A stretch of DNA of 64,000 bases from a virus. Below the pieces are notes generated by a model. That model did not search any database. It saw only the letters and a list, made by a program, of their open reading frames with translations, and was not told where the DNA came from. The stretch spans positions 29,196 to 93,195 of the IMG/VR virus record IMGVR_UViG_3300009130_000013. One strand, written 5' to 3'. Made by a program: the position numbers and the translations under genes. This document shows, piece after piece, positions 55,654 to 64,000 of this stretch. How positions within the stretch are numbered: the stretch's first letter is position 1; each line of letters opens with the position of its first letter.

Positions 55654-55935
55654 GTGAATAAAGTTGCCCAATTTTGGGTTAACTCTTATAAAAGCGACCA
55701 AATAGCATTTAGTTTTGAACTTGTTAGTTTTATATTTACAGTAGCGGCAAGTTTAACATTAGCCTTAACGGCACTAGATCCAAATATGGTATTGATATAC
55801 CCGCTTTTCTTTATAGGGTCAACAACTCAATGTTATGCTTCTATGAGAAGAGGTGCGGCTTGGGTAATGTTATTAACAGGGTGGTTCGTTTGTGTTAATG
55901 TATTCGGATTCCTTGTAGCAACTGGGATTTTATGA
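55654..55935 (+). CDS. small 3-TM membrane protein
   Basis: Hydrophobic ORF. Confidence 0.7.
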   Translation: MNKVAQFWVNSYKSDQIAFSFELVSFIFTVAASLTLALTALDPNMVLIYPLFFIGSTTQCYASMRRGAAWVMLLTGWFVCVNVFGFLVATGIL

Positions 55936-55962
55936 TAATTATATGTATAAGGTAAACTTTCA

Positions 55963-58620
55963 ATGTATGTAGATGCTTTCTTTGATCGCCAACGTGATCG
56001 AATTCACATTGTTGAGCGAGACAAAAATCAAATTAGACAATACCACGATCATCAAGCAAAATATATAATGTATTATGATGACCCGAAAGGTAAGTTTAAG
56101 AGTATCTATGGCAATCCGGTCAGTCGAATTCAATGCCGTACTAATAAAGACTTTAGACGTGAAAAAGCTCTTCATGTAAATGTTAGAACATACGAGTCGG
56201 ATATGAATCCAGTATTTCGTTGTTTAGAAGAAAACTATTTAGGTCAAAATGCTCCAAAACTACATACAGCATTTTTTGATATTGAAGTTGACTTTGACGT
56301 CACTAGAGGATTTAGCCCACCAGAAAACCCATTTAACCCAGTTACAGCAATATCAATATACTTACAATGGTCTAAACAATTAATAACATTGTTAACACCA
56401 CCTAAAGGTATGTCTAAAGACGAAGTTGATAAAATTATTAGTAAGTTTGAAAATACATTTGTATTTGAAAACGAAGCAGATTTACTTAATACATTTTTAG
56501 ATGTAATCGAAGATGCTGATGTATTAAGTGGTTGGAACAGTGAAGGTTATGATATTCCATACATGGTTAATAGAGTTAAAAGTGTATTAAGCAAAGATGA
56601 TACAAGACGTTTTTGTTTATTTGGGCAATTTCCTAAAGAACGAAAATTTGAACGTTTTGGTAAGGAACAAATTACACACGATTTAATAGGTCGTGTACAT
56701 CAAGACTATATGCAACTTTATCGAAAATACACCTATCATGAGATGCATTCTTATTCATTAGATGCGATTGCTGAATATGAATTAGGTGAAACTAAAGTAC
56801 AATACACAGGTACATTAGATCAACTATTTAATAATGACTGGGAAAAGTTTATTGAATACAATAGACAAGACACAATGCTATTAAACAAGTTAGATGAAAA
56901 GTTAAAGTTCTCAGATTTAAGTAACGAACTAGCTCATGCTAATACTGTTTTACTACAAACAACAATGGGTGCTGTAGCAGTTACAGAACAAGCAATTATT
57001 AACGAAGCACACGAACAGGGCTTTGTTGTACCAGATAGAAAAAAGCACGACAAAGAAAATACAACGGCGGCTGGTGCCTATGTGGCATATCCTAAGAAAG
57101 GATTACATGACTGGATTGGTGCTATAGATATTAACTCACTATATCCAAGTGCCATTAGAGCATTGAATATGGACCCAGCAACTATTATTGGACAACTTAG
57201 ACCAGACTATAGTGACGCTCACGTTAACGAGGCAATGGGCAATAAGAAATCATTTGCTGAAGCTTGGGAAGGTAAGTTTGGTAGCACAGAATATCAAATG
57301 GTTATGGATCAAGATAAAGTAGATGAAATTGTTGTTGAATGGGAAAATGAAGCAAATGAAATATTAACAGGTGCTGAAATTTATAAGAAAATCTTTTTAA
57401 GTGGTAACAAATGGATGTTAAGTGCTAATGGTACTATTTTTACACACGAAAAAGAAGGAATCATTCCGGGATTATTAAAACGTTGGTATAGTGAACGGCA
57501 AGACATACAAAAAGTTAGGGCTTCTGCTAACACACCAGAAGAAAGAGCATTCTGGGATAAAAGACAATTAGTTAAAAAGATTAACCTAAATAGTTTATAT
57601 GGTGCTATACTTAACCCAGGTTGTAGATTCTTTGATAAACGTATTGGGCAAAGTACAACATTAACAGGACGAACGATTGCTAAATTTATGAGTAGCAAAG
57701 TTAATGAAATTATTACAGGTGAATTTGATCATAGAGGAAAGTCTATTATATATGGTGACACAGACTCTGTATATTTTAGTGTTTGGCCAATAATCAAAGA
57801 TACTGTTGAGAAAAAAGAAATGGAATGGAGTAAAGATATATGTGTTAAACTTTATGACAATATATCTGAACAAGTTAACGAAGATTTTCCAAAGCATATG
57901 AAAGAAGCTTTTAATTGTCCAAGAGAAAACGGTGAGATTATACAAGGTGGTAGAGAGATTGTTGCTATTAAAGGATTGTATATTACTAAAAAACGTTATG
58001 CTGTTTTAATTTATGACTTAGAAGGATCTAGACTAGACAGGTCAGGTAACCCAGGTAAAGTAAAAGCTATGGGTTTAGATCTTAAACGTAGTGATACACC
58101 AAAAGTAATACAAGACTTTTTAAGTGAGATATTGTTAGGTGTTTTAACAGGTGACAGTCGAGATACTGTTATTGAAAAAATTAGAAACTTTAAACAAGAC
58201 TTTAAACACAGACCTGCTTGGGAAAAAGGATCACCTAAACGTTGTAACAATTTAACAAAGTTCACTGAAGCAGAAAGACGTGAAGGTAAAACAAATATGC
58301 CAGGTCATGTTAGAGCAAGTATGAACTGGAATACTTTATGTGATATGAATCATGACAAGTATAGTGAAAAGATTATGGACGGGCAAAAGGTTATTGTTTG
58401 TAAACTTAGACCTAACCCGTTAGGATATAAAAGTGTAGCATATCCTACAGATCAACTACACTTACCTACATGGTTTAAAGAGCTTCCATTTAATGAAGCT
58501 GATATGGAAAATACTGTAATTAGTAATAAGATAGACAACTTGTTAGGAGTATTAGATTGGGATTTAGTTAGTGACACAGATACTTCAACAACATTTGATT
58601 CGTTGTTTACGTTTGAATAA
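55963..58620 (+). CDS. family B DNA polymerase
   Basis: Exo DIEV, YN..D; DINSLYPS, K..LNSLYG, YGDTDS, KKRY. Confidence 0.96.
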   Translation: MYVDAFFDRQRDRIHIVERDKNQIRQYHDHQAKYIMYYDDPKGKFKSIYGNPVSRIQCRTNKDFRREKALHVNVRTYESDMNPVFRCLEENYLGQNAPKLHTAFFDIEVDFDVTRGFSPPENPFNPVTAISIYLQWSKQLITLLTPPKGMSKDEVDKIISKFENTFVFENEADLLNTFLDVIEDADVLSGWNSEGYDIPYMVNRVKSVLSKDDTRRFCLFGQFPKERKFERFGKEQITHDLIGRVHQDYMQLYRKYTYHEMHSYSLDAIAEYELGETKVQYTGTLDQLFNNDWEKFIEYNRQDTMLLNKLDEKLKFSDLSNELAHANTVLLQTTMGAVAVTEQAIINEAHEQGFVVPDRKKHDKENTTAAGAYVAYPKKGLHDWIGAIDINSLYPSAIRALNMDPATIIGQLRPDYSDAHVNEAMGNKKSFAEAWEGKFGSTEYQMVMDQDKVDEIVVEWENEANEILTGAEIYKKIFLSGNKWMLSANGTIFTHEKEGIIPGLLKRWYSERQDIQKVRASANTPEERAFWDKRQLVKKINLNSLYGAILNPGCRFFDKRIGQSTTLTGRTIAKFMSSKVNEIITGEFDHRGKSIIYGDTDSVYFSVWPIIKDTVEKKEMEWSKDICVKLYDNISEQVNEDFPKHMKEAFNCPRENGEIIQGGREIVAIKGLYITKKRYAVLIYDLEGSRLDRSGNPGKVKAMGLDLKRSDTPKVIQDFLSEILLGVLTGDSRDTVIEKIRNFKQDFKHRPAWEKGSPKRCNNLTKFTEAERREGKTNMPGHVRASMNWNTLCDMNHDKYSEKIMDGQKVIVCKLRPNPLGYKSVAYPTDQLHLPTWFKELPFNEADMENTVISNKIDNLLGVLDWDLVSDTDTSTTFDSLFTFE

Positions 58621-58629
58621 AGGAGATGT

Positions 58630-59364
58630 ATGAGAATAAGTGTAACAGGTAGTAGAGGTTTTGTTGGCACTAGATTAGTTCAAATATTAAAAGAACAAGG
58701 TCACGAAATTGTTGAATGGGATAGAAATATAAGTGAAGAAAGAGATATAGAAGAATGGCGACCTGAAGATTGTTCAGCTGTAATACATCTGGCGGGTATT
58801 GCCAATGTACGAAAAAGTATAGAAAATCCAGAAGAATATTGGTATACTAACGTTGAGCTCAGTAAAAAGTTATTTTACCTAGCATTAACTAACAATATGC
58901 GAATAATTTATGCTAGTAGTTCTTGTGCTAAACGTTGGTGGTTATCACCATATGGTACAAGTAAAAAAGCTATGGAACTAATTGCCCCACCTAGAAGTTT
59001 GGGTATGAGATTTACAACTGTATATGGAGAAGGCAGTAGAAAGGATATGTTTGTTCATCGGCTTAAAACTAAAACACTAGAATATGTAACTGATCATGTT
59101 AGAGACTTTATTCATGTAGACGATGTATGCCAAGCTATTATAAAAAACCTAAATAATAACATACTATCAGGAATTATTGACGTAGGTACAGGTAACGGTA
59201 TAAGCATACAAGAATTAACCCAGATAGCTGGATATGAAGATGGGCAATTAAGATTACAAAAAGGATTATCTTGTGAAATGCCTGAGAATACAGCTAACAT
59301 AGGACCATTGTTAGGAACTGGTTGGAAACCTACAATTAAAATAGAAGATTATATAAAGGAGTAA
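58630..59364 (+). CDS. NAD-dependent epimerase/dehydratase
   Basis: TGSRGFVG, HLAG, YGTSK, RDFIHV. Confidence 0.9.
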   Translation: MRISVTGSRGFVGTRLVQILKEQGHEIVEWDRNISEERDIEEWRPEDCSAVIHLAGIANVRKSIENPEEYWYTNVELSKKLFYLALTNNMRIIYASSSCAKRWWLSPYGTSKKAMELIAPPRSLGMRFTTVYGEGSRKDMFVHRLKTKTLEYVTDHVRDFIHVDDVCQAIIKNLNNNILSGIIDVGTGNGISIQELTQIAGYEDGQLRLQKGLSCEMPENTANIGPLLGTGWKPTIKIEDYIKE

Positions 59365-59367
59365 AAT

Positions 59368-59613
59368 ATGGCTGACGATTATAATCCAATGATAGAACAA
59401 AATGTTGGCGATGTTTCTGGAGACTTTACAAAAAGTGTTACAATAACCGATAGTGGTAATACAGAAACAACAGGTACTGGTAGTGATGTTGAAGCTGGTG
59501 TAGAAGCAATCCATACTATATTTCAATACATACCAGAGTTAATTTTTGTTTCAATATACGGCTTATTAATGTACGCCGCGGTGCTTTGGATCACCAAAAA
59601 GATAAAGGGGTAG
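59368..59613 (+). CDS. small membrane protein
   Basis: SD AAGGAG; C-terminal TM. Confidence 0.7.
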   Translation: MADDYNPMIEQNVGDVSGDFTKSVTITDSGNTETTGTGSDVEAGVEAIHTIFQYIPELIFVSIYGLLMYAAVLWITKKIKG

Positions 59614-59614
59614 T

Positions 59615-60454
59615 ATGAAGTTTATTATAGCAGGATATGGATTTGTTGGTAGTGCTATTGGAAGTGTATTAGAACCACATCACGAAATAATACCGGTAGA
59701 CCCAAGACTTAATGTTAATAAAATAGAAGACCATATTAAAACAGCAGATGGCGTGATTATTTGTGTAAGCACACCTCCAAAAGATACAGGTGAGTGTGAT
59801 GCTAGTAATATTTGGAATGTATTAAAACAGATTCCAGGACCACTAGATGTTCCAATCCTAATTAAAAGTACAGTACCATGGATTGATTTAGATCAAATGG
59901 TTGAATATAATAAACAATGGAATAAAAGCAGTATTACATACTACCCAGAATTTTTAAGAGAAGAAACAGCATTAGAAGATTTCGTCAATCAAAAATATGT
60001 TATACTAGGAGGCGATAATACAAAATTTTGGTCAGATGTATTATATAAACATCTACCATTAGTAGAACACATACACACTTGTACGATAAAAGAAGCAAGT
60101 ATTATAAAGTATTTCTCTAACAGTTATTTGGCAACTAAACTTACGTTCTTTAATGAACTGTATGAGTTATGTGAAAAAGTCAAAGCAGATTATGATACAG
60201 TTAGTGAATTATTAGGATTGGATACTAGAATTGGCAAAAGCCATACAACTGTACCAGGGCCTGATGGAAATTTTGGTTGGGCAGGCCATTGTTTTCCAAA
60301 AGATACAACTGCCTTAATAAAAATAGCAGATGATTTGGATATTGAATTGTCTGTACTTGAACAAGCTATGTCAACAAATGTCGAACATAGGAAAAAAGAC
60401 TTGACAACCAGGCCTGAAACAAGTTATAATAAAGACATAAATGGAGAAAACTAA
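59615..60454 (+). CDS. ugd: UDP-glucose 6-dehydrogenase-like protein (lacks C-terminal domain)
   Basis: GYGFVG, IKSTV, PEFLRE, KYFSN, GHCFPKD. Confidence 0.88.
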   Translation: MKFIIAGYGFVGSAIGSVLEPHHEIIPVDPRLNVNKIEDHIKTADGVIICVSTPPKDTGECDASNIWNVLKQIPGPLDVPILIKSTVPWIDLDQMVEYNKQWNKSSITYYPEFLREETALEDFVNQKYVILGGDNTKFWSDVLYKHLPLVEHIHTCTIKEASIIKYFSNSYLATKLTFFNELYELCEKVKADYDTVSELLGLDTRIGKSHTTVPGPDGNFGWAGHCFPKDTTALIKIADDLDIELSVLEQAMSTNVEHRKKDLTTRPETSYNKDINGEN

Positions 60455-61186
60455 ATGAAAGATTACTTACAAGATATCGTACAACATACTCATGGTCTTG
60501 GGTTTATTGATCTAGTAAAGATTGATGGATCAGACGAAGAGACGTTGCTCGAAGGAATAGCAGAAGATCGTTCTGTTATTGTTAAAGCAAAATTTAAAAA
60601 TCCAGTAGCAGACTTTGTTGGCACGTTTGGAATGCCAAACATCAATAAACTGGATTTGTTATTGAAGATCCCAGTTTATAGTGAAAACGCTAAATTGGAA
60701 TTACAACGCCAAGATCGTAATGGTACATCAGTACCAGTTGGCATTCATTTTGAAAATGATGCTGGTGATTTTAAAAACGACTATCGTTTTATGACTAGCG
60801 AAATTATTAATGAAAAGATTAAAAGTCTTAAATTTAAAGATGTAACGTGGGACGTAACTATTGAACCAACTGTGGCGGCAATACAACGTTTGGCATATCA
60901 GGCTCAAGTTCATGCTGAGGAAGTAACATTCATTGCTAGAACTGATGCTGGACATCTTAAATTTTACTTTGGTGATCACTCAACTCATGCTGGAGACTTT
61001 GTATTCCAACCTGATGTTGAAGGTACACTTAAACACGGATGGGCTTGGCCTGTTCTACAAATACAACAAATATTAAAACTACCTGGCGATAAACAAATGA
61101 TGTTTTCAGAACAAGGTGCCGCTCAAATTAATGTTGATAGTGGACTTGCTGTTTACGAATATATCTTACCAGCACAAAGCAAGTAG
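60455..61186 (+). CDS. probable DNA sliding clamp
   Basis: 243 aa, clamp-like secondary-structure pattern ending YEYILPA; near DNA pol. Confidence 0.6.
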   Translation: MKDYLQDIVQHTHGLGFIDLVKIDGSDEETLLEGIAEDRSVIVKAKFKNPVADFVGTFGMPNINKLDLLLKIPVYSENAKLELQRQDRNGTSVPVGIHFENDAGDFKNDYRFMTSEIINEKIKSLKFKDVTWDVTIEPTVAAIQRLAYQAQVHAEEVTFIARTDAGHLKFYFGDHSTHAGDFVFQPDVEGTLKHGWAWPVLQIQQILKLPGDKQMMFSEQGAAQINVDSGLAVYEYILPAQSK

Positions 61187-61195
61187 GAGAAGTAA

Positions 61196-61744
61196 ATGTT
61201 AGCAAGTTTTATATATGTAAGTCGTGAAGCATTAGAAATGATGTTTTTGACTTTATTAATATCAACAACTATTGGAATGAACTGGAAAGTTTATTCAGCT
61301 GGTGCTGTAGGATTACTAGCAGGACTAGGATCAGGATTAGTACTAGGCGATTTTTTAGAAAACTATGAAGTAGGTATGTATACTTTACTTTCAGCATTAA
61401 TGCTTTACTTGTTCTATACTAGTAAAAATATGGCACAGCACATTAAAGGACACGTTGAAACAATTCAAAGTGGGCAACAAGGTATGCTTGTAGGATTGTT
61501 TACAATATTCTTTATATTTGCTAGAGAGTTTATGGAAATTTTTATTTTTATGTTTCAAGCAGTAAATAATACTAAAGATGGCTGGATTGGAGCCACACTT
61601 GCTGTAGCATTAATATTTGGATGTTTTCCTTTAATCAAAAAGTATGCTGATACATCAACAATGTTTAAAGTAACTAGGTATGCTTTCTTAGTATTTGCTT
61701 TTTGGTTTGGCTATGAAGCATTGGAACACGCTCATATTTTATAG
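61196..61744 (+). CDS. FTR1/EfeU-type iron permease (short)
   Basis: Two RExxE motifs (REALE, REFME) in a multi-TM protein. Confidence 0.75.
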   Translation: MLASFIYVSREALEMMFLTLLISTTIGMNWKVYSAGAVGLLAGLGSGLVLGDFLENYEVGMYTLLSALMLYLFYTSKNMAQHIKGHVETIQSGQQGMLVGLFTIFFIFAREFMEIFIFMFQAVNNTKDGWIGATLAVALIFGCFPLIKKYADTSTMFKVTRYAFLVFAFWFGYEALEHAHIL

Positions 61745-61756
61745 GATAAAAGAATA

Positions 61757-63211
61757 ATGGATACCAATTTAACTACAGAACAAAAAGACTATGCTATATT
61801 TTTACCTGCTATAAGTTCTTTTTATTCAACATTTATTGGTAAACAACGCTACGAAGAATACATTTCTCAAAGTAGATTACCAACAAACATGAATGGCCTT
61901 GTAGAAAGCGGAAACTGGCTCGAACCAGCGGCCGCTCTATGGCAATATAAATGGGGATTACACTCGGCAGGTCACGCCAGCTTAGATTTAGGACATATTC
62001 CTAAAGAAGATATGTATCGTAATAGAGACAGAAACAATAGTTGGCTATTAGGTGACTCAGGTGGATTCCAAATAGGTAAAGGTAAATGGGAAGGTGACTG
62101 GCGGCCAAACAGCGGTGATCCTAGATGTCAAAAAAAGAGGGAACAGGTCTTAAAATGGATGGACGAGTATATGGATTATGGAATGATCCTAGACATCCCG
62201 GCATGGGTTTCACGATCACCTGAAGGGGCTAAAGCAAGTCATATTAATTCATATCAAGAAGCTGTTGAAGGAACACAACAAAACAACGAATACTTTATAA
62301 ACAATCGCAACGGTAATTGTAAATTTTTAAATGTATTACAAGGTGAGAACTTCGCACAAGCAGATGACTGGTATGAGCAAATGAAAAAATATTGCGATCC
62401 TAAGCAATATCCAAATGAACACTTTAATGGTTGGTCAATGGGAGGTCAGAATATGTGTGACATCCACCTCGCTTTGAAACGTTTGGTTACATTAAGATAC
62501 GATGGTTTACTTGAAGAAGGTAAACAAGACTTAATGCATTTTTTAGGAACCTCAAAACTAGAATGGGGTGTAATGCTAACGGCCGTTCAACGAGCTGTAC
62601 GAAAGTATCACAATTCTAAATTTACAGTAACATACGATTGTGCTTCTCCATTTTTATGTACAGCGAACGGCCAGCAGTATACTAATTGGAGACTGGATCA
62701 TAACGGTAAATGGTCTTACATTATGGAACCTGCTCCTGACAATAAAGATTATAAACAAGACACAAGACCTTGGGACGAAGAATGTACTAAACATCATGCT
62801 AATTGGAATCCAAGTCCAATATCAGAAGGATTAAAAGTAAATGATATTTGTGTTTATGGCCCAGGAGACTTAAATAAGAATAACAAAGAAGGAAACACTA
62901 GTTGGGATAGTTTTAGTTATTTCTTAATGATGAATCACAACGTTTACACACACATTAAATCTGTACAAGAAGCAAATAAGGCAATGGACAATGGTTCATA
63001 TCCTAACTGGCTTGTCAATGATACATTTGAAAGACAAGCTGTATGTGAAATGATCGACAGAGTATTCGAAATTGACGACAGAGATAAAGCAATAGATTTC
63101 ATTAATCAAAATGAAAAACTTTGGATGATGGTGCCCGGTACTAGGGGTGCTATTGGCAAAAAAACAATCAATGCTAGTACACAATTCGGAAACTTATTTG
63201 AAGAGGCATAA
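61757..63211 (+). CDS. TGT-fold guanine transglycosylase (DpdA-like candidate)
   Basis: DSGGFQ, MILD.P, VLQG, HFLG, YDCASP. Confidence 0.75.
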   Translation: MDTNLTTEQKDYAIFLPAISSFYSTFIGKQRYEEYISQSRLPTNMNGLVESGNWLEPAAALWQYKWGLHSAGHASLDLGHIPKEDMYRNRDRNNSWLLGDSGGFQIGKGKWEGDWRPNSGDPRCQKKREQVLKWMDEYMDYGMILDIPAWVSRSPEGAKASHINSYQEAVEGTQQNNEYFINNRNGNCKFLNVLQGENFAQADDWYEQMKKYCDPKQYPNEHFNGWSMGGQNMCDIHLALKRLVTLRYDGLLEEGKQDLMHFLGTSKLEWGVMLTAVQRAVRKYHNSKFTVTYDCASPFLCTANGQQYTNWRLDHNGKWSYIMEPAPDNKDYKQDTRPWDEECTKHHANWNPSPISEGLKVNDICVYGPGDLNKNNKEGNTSWDSFSYFLMMNHNVYTHIKSVQEANKAMDNGSYPNWLVNDTFERQAVCEMIDRVFEIDDRDKAIDFINQNEKLWMMVPGTRGAIGKKTINASTQFGNLFEEA

Positions 63212-63390
63212 TGACAGTACCAAAAATTAGTATAGAAGCTAAATTGCTTCAACATTTTTCAAAAGAAGAACTTGAAGAAATGACAACAGAAAAAAAAGAA
63301 ATGTGGATTAGATTTTTTGAAAAAGGTGGGAATATAGAAAAACTACCAGACCACATAACAAAAGAAATGCTTGATAATTGGAGGTTTTAG
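63211..63390 (+). CDS. small hypothetical protein (59 aa, not in ORF track)
   Basis: TAATG coupling; FFEKGGNIEKLP. Confidence 0.65.
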   Translation: MTVPKISIEAKLLQHFSKEELEEMTTEKKEMWIRFFEKGGNIEKLPDHITKEMLDNWRF

Positions 63391-63917
63391 TGAAGCGTGA
63401 ATATTCAGGTGTAACTAAAGATGATGCTGTATTTTTTACAGGCATCGAAGTAGAAAAGACACCAGCATACGGTAAACAAACTTTGTTTGTAACAGGCATT
63501 CAAGACTATAACAAAATCAAAGAATACTATAACAACTTAGGTTGTGAACATATATTCTTTGGTGCTAATCACAGTTATAATCCTAAAACAAATGATGAAT
63601 TCGAAGACTGGGAATTTATGATCAAAGCATTTCTAGATGAAGGAATACTTTGTAGTTTAGATATACCTAGTACTGTTAACCTGTCTTGGGTGTTAGAAGG
63701 CGGGTATACTGAATTCAACAACTTTATCCCACAAATTAGATTAGTAATTCCATATGTAGATCAATGGAACTATAACACTATGGTTAAGATTGATGATGTA
63801 GGATATGATGAAACTAACCCAGGAGTATGGTGCCACAGTTTACATGACTTGAAAAACAGAGACAAGTTTACTAGTTGGGATCAATATACTAAAGATAAGG
63901 AGATAGATGATGAGTAA
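63390..63917 (+). CDS. conserved phage protein
   Basis: GTG 63390 with SD GGAGG; GIEVEKTPAYG.QTLFV, HIFFGANHS, NPGVWCH. Confidence 0.75.
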   Translation: MKREYSGVTKDDAVFFTGIEVEKTPAYGKQTLFVTGIQDYNKIKEYYNNLGCEHIFFGANHSYNPKTNDEFEDWEFMIKAFLDEGILCSLDIPSTVNLSWVLEGGYTEFNNFIPQIRLVIPYVDQWNYNTMVKIDDVGYDETNPGVWCHSLHDLKNRDKFTSWDQYTKDKEIDDE

Positions 63918-64000
63918 AGTTAAAACTGAAATGCGTGAATTACAAGAACAACATAAGATGTTAGACCGTAAAACAACCGATTTAGAAAAAGAAAGAAGAG
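63907..64000 (+). CDS. small coiled-coil protein (partial)
   Basis: SD AAGGAG; runs off window. Confidence 0.55.
   Translation, partial: MMSKVKTEMRELQEQHKMLDRKTTDLEKERR

Noticed and set aside
1-64000. CRISPR array, IS/transposase, integrase, intron/intein, rRNA, stop-codon recoding
   Set aside because: No spaced repeats or recombinase motifs seen; PolB and ClpA are uninterrupted; genes end normally at TAA, TAG and TGA

Overview
AT-rich, densely coded 64 kb segment of a large lytic dsDNA myovirus with T4-like and jumbo-phage features. It is not bacterial chromosome. It encodes a family-B DNA polymerase, a probable sliding clamp and an RFC-type clamp loader, baseplate/fibre proteins, a GH19 endolysin-spanin lysis cluster, and both sigma70-type and T4-late-like (TAAATA) promoters. 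Host-like genes (NAD-dependent formate dehydrogenase, zf-CHCC protein, ferredoxin, IscA, SbmA/BacA, FTR1, PhoH, ClpA/ClpP, DnaJ, GroES, peptide deformylase) suggest a low-GC, probably marine alphaproteobacterial host (inference). Highlights: (1) a complete tRNA-Trp(CCA) nested in frame inside a protein-coding gene on the same strand; (2) a ~10 kb cluster of probable virion-packaged polyproteins whose modules appear joined by prohead-protease-like [ILV]-x-E sites, including a HAD phosphatase/putative RNase/CCA-adding enzyme fusion; (3) a minus-strand envelope operon with a ClpP-like exported protein, SbmA, a MotA/TolQ-type ion-motor pair and ClpP; (4) an intact phage FDH; (5) late promoters placed exactly 5 nt before ATG, implying leaderless mRNAs; (6) apparent avoidance of GCWGC and TGCA; (7) unannotated micro-ORFs (metallothionein-like, poly-Lys). 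All assignments are by eye from motifs; no searches were run.
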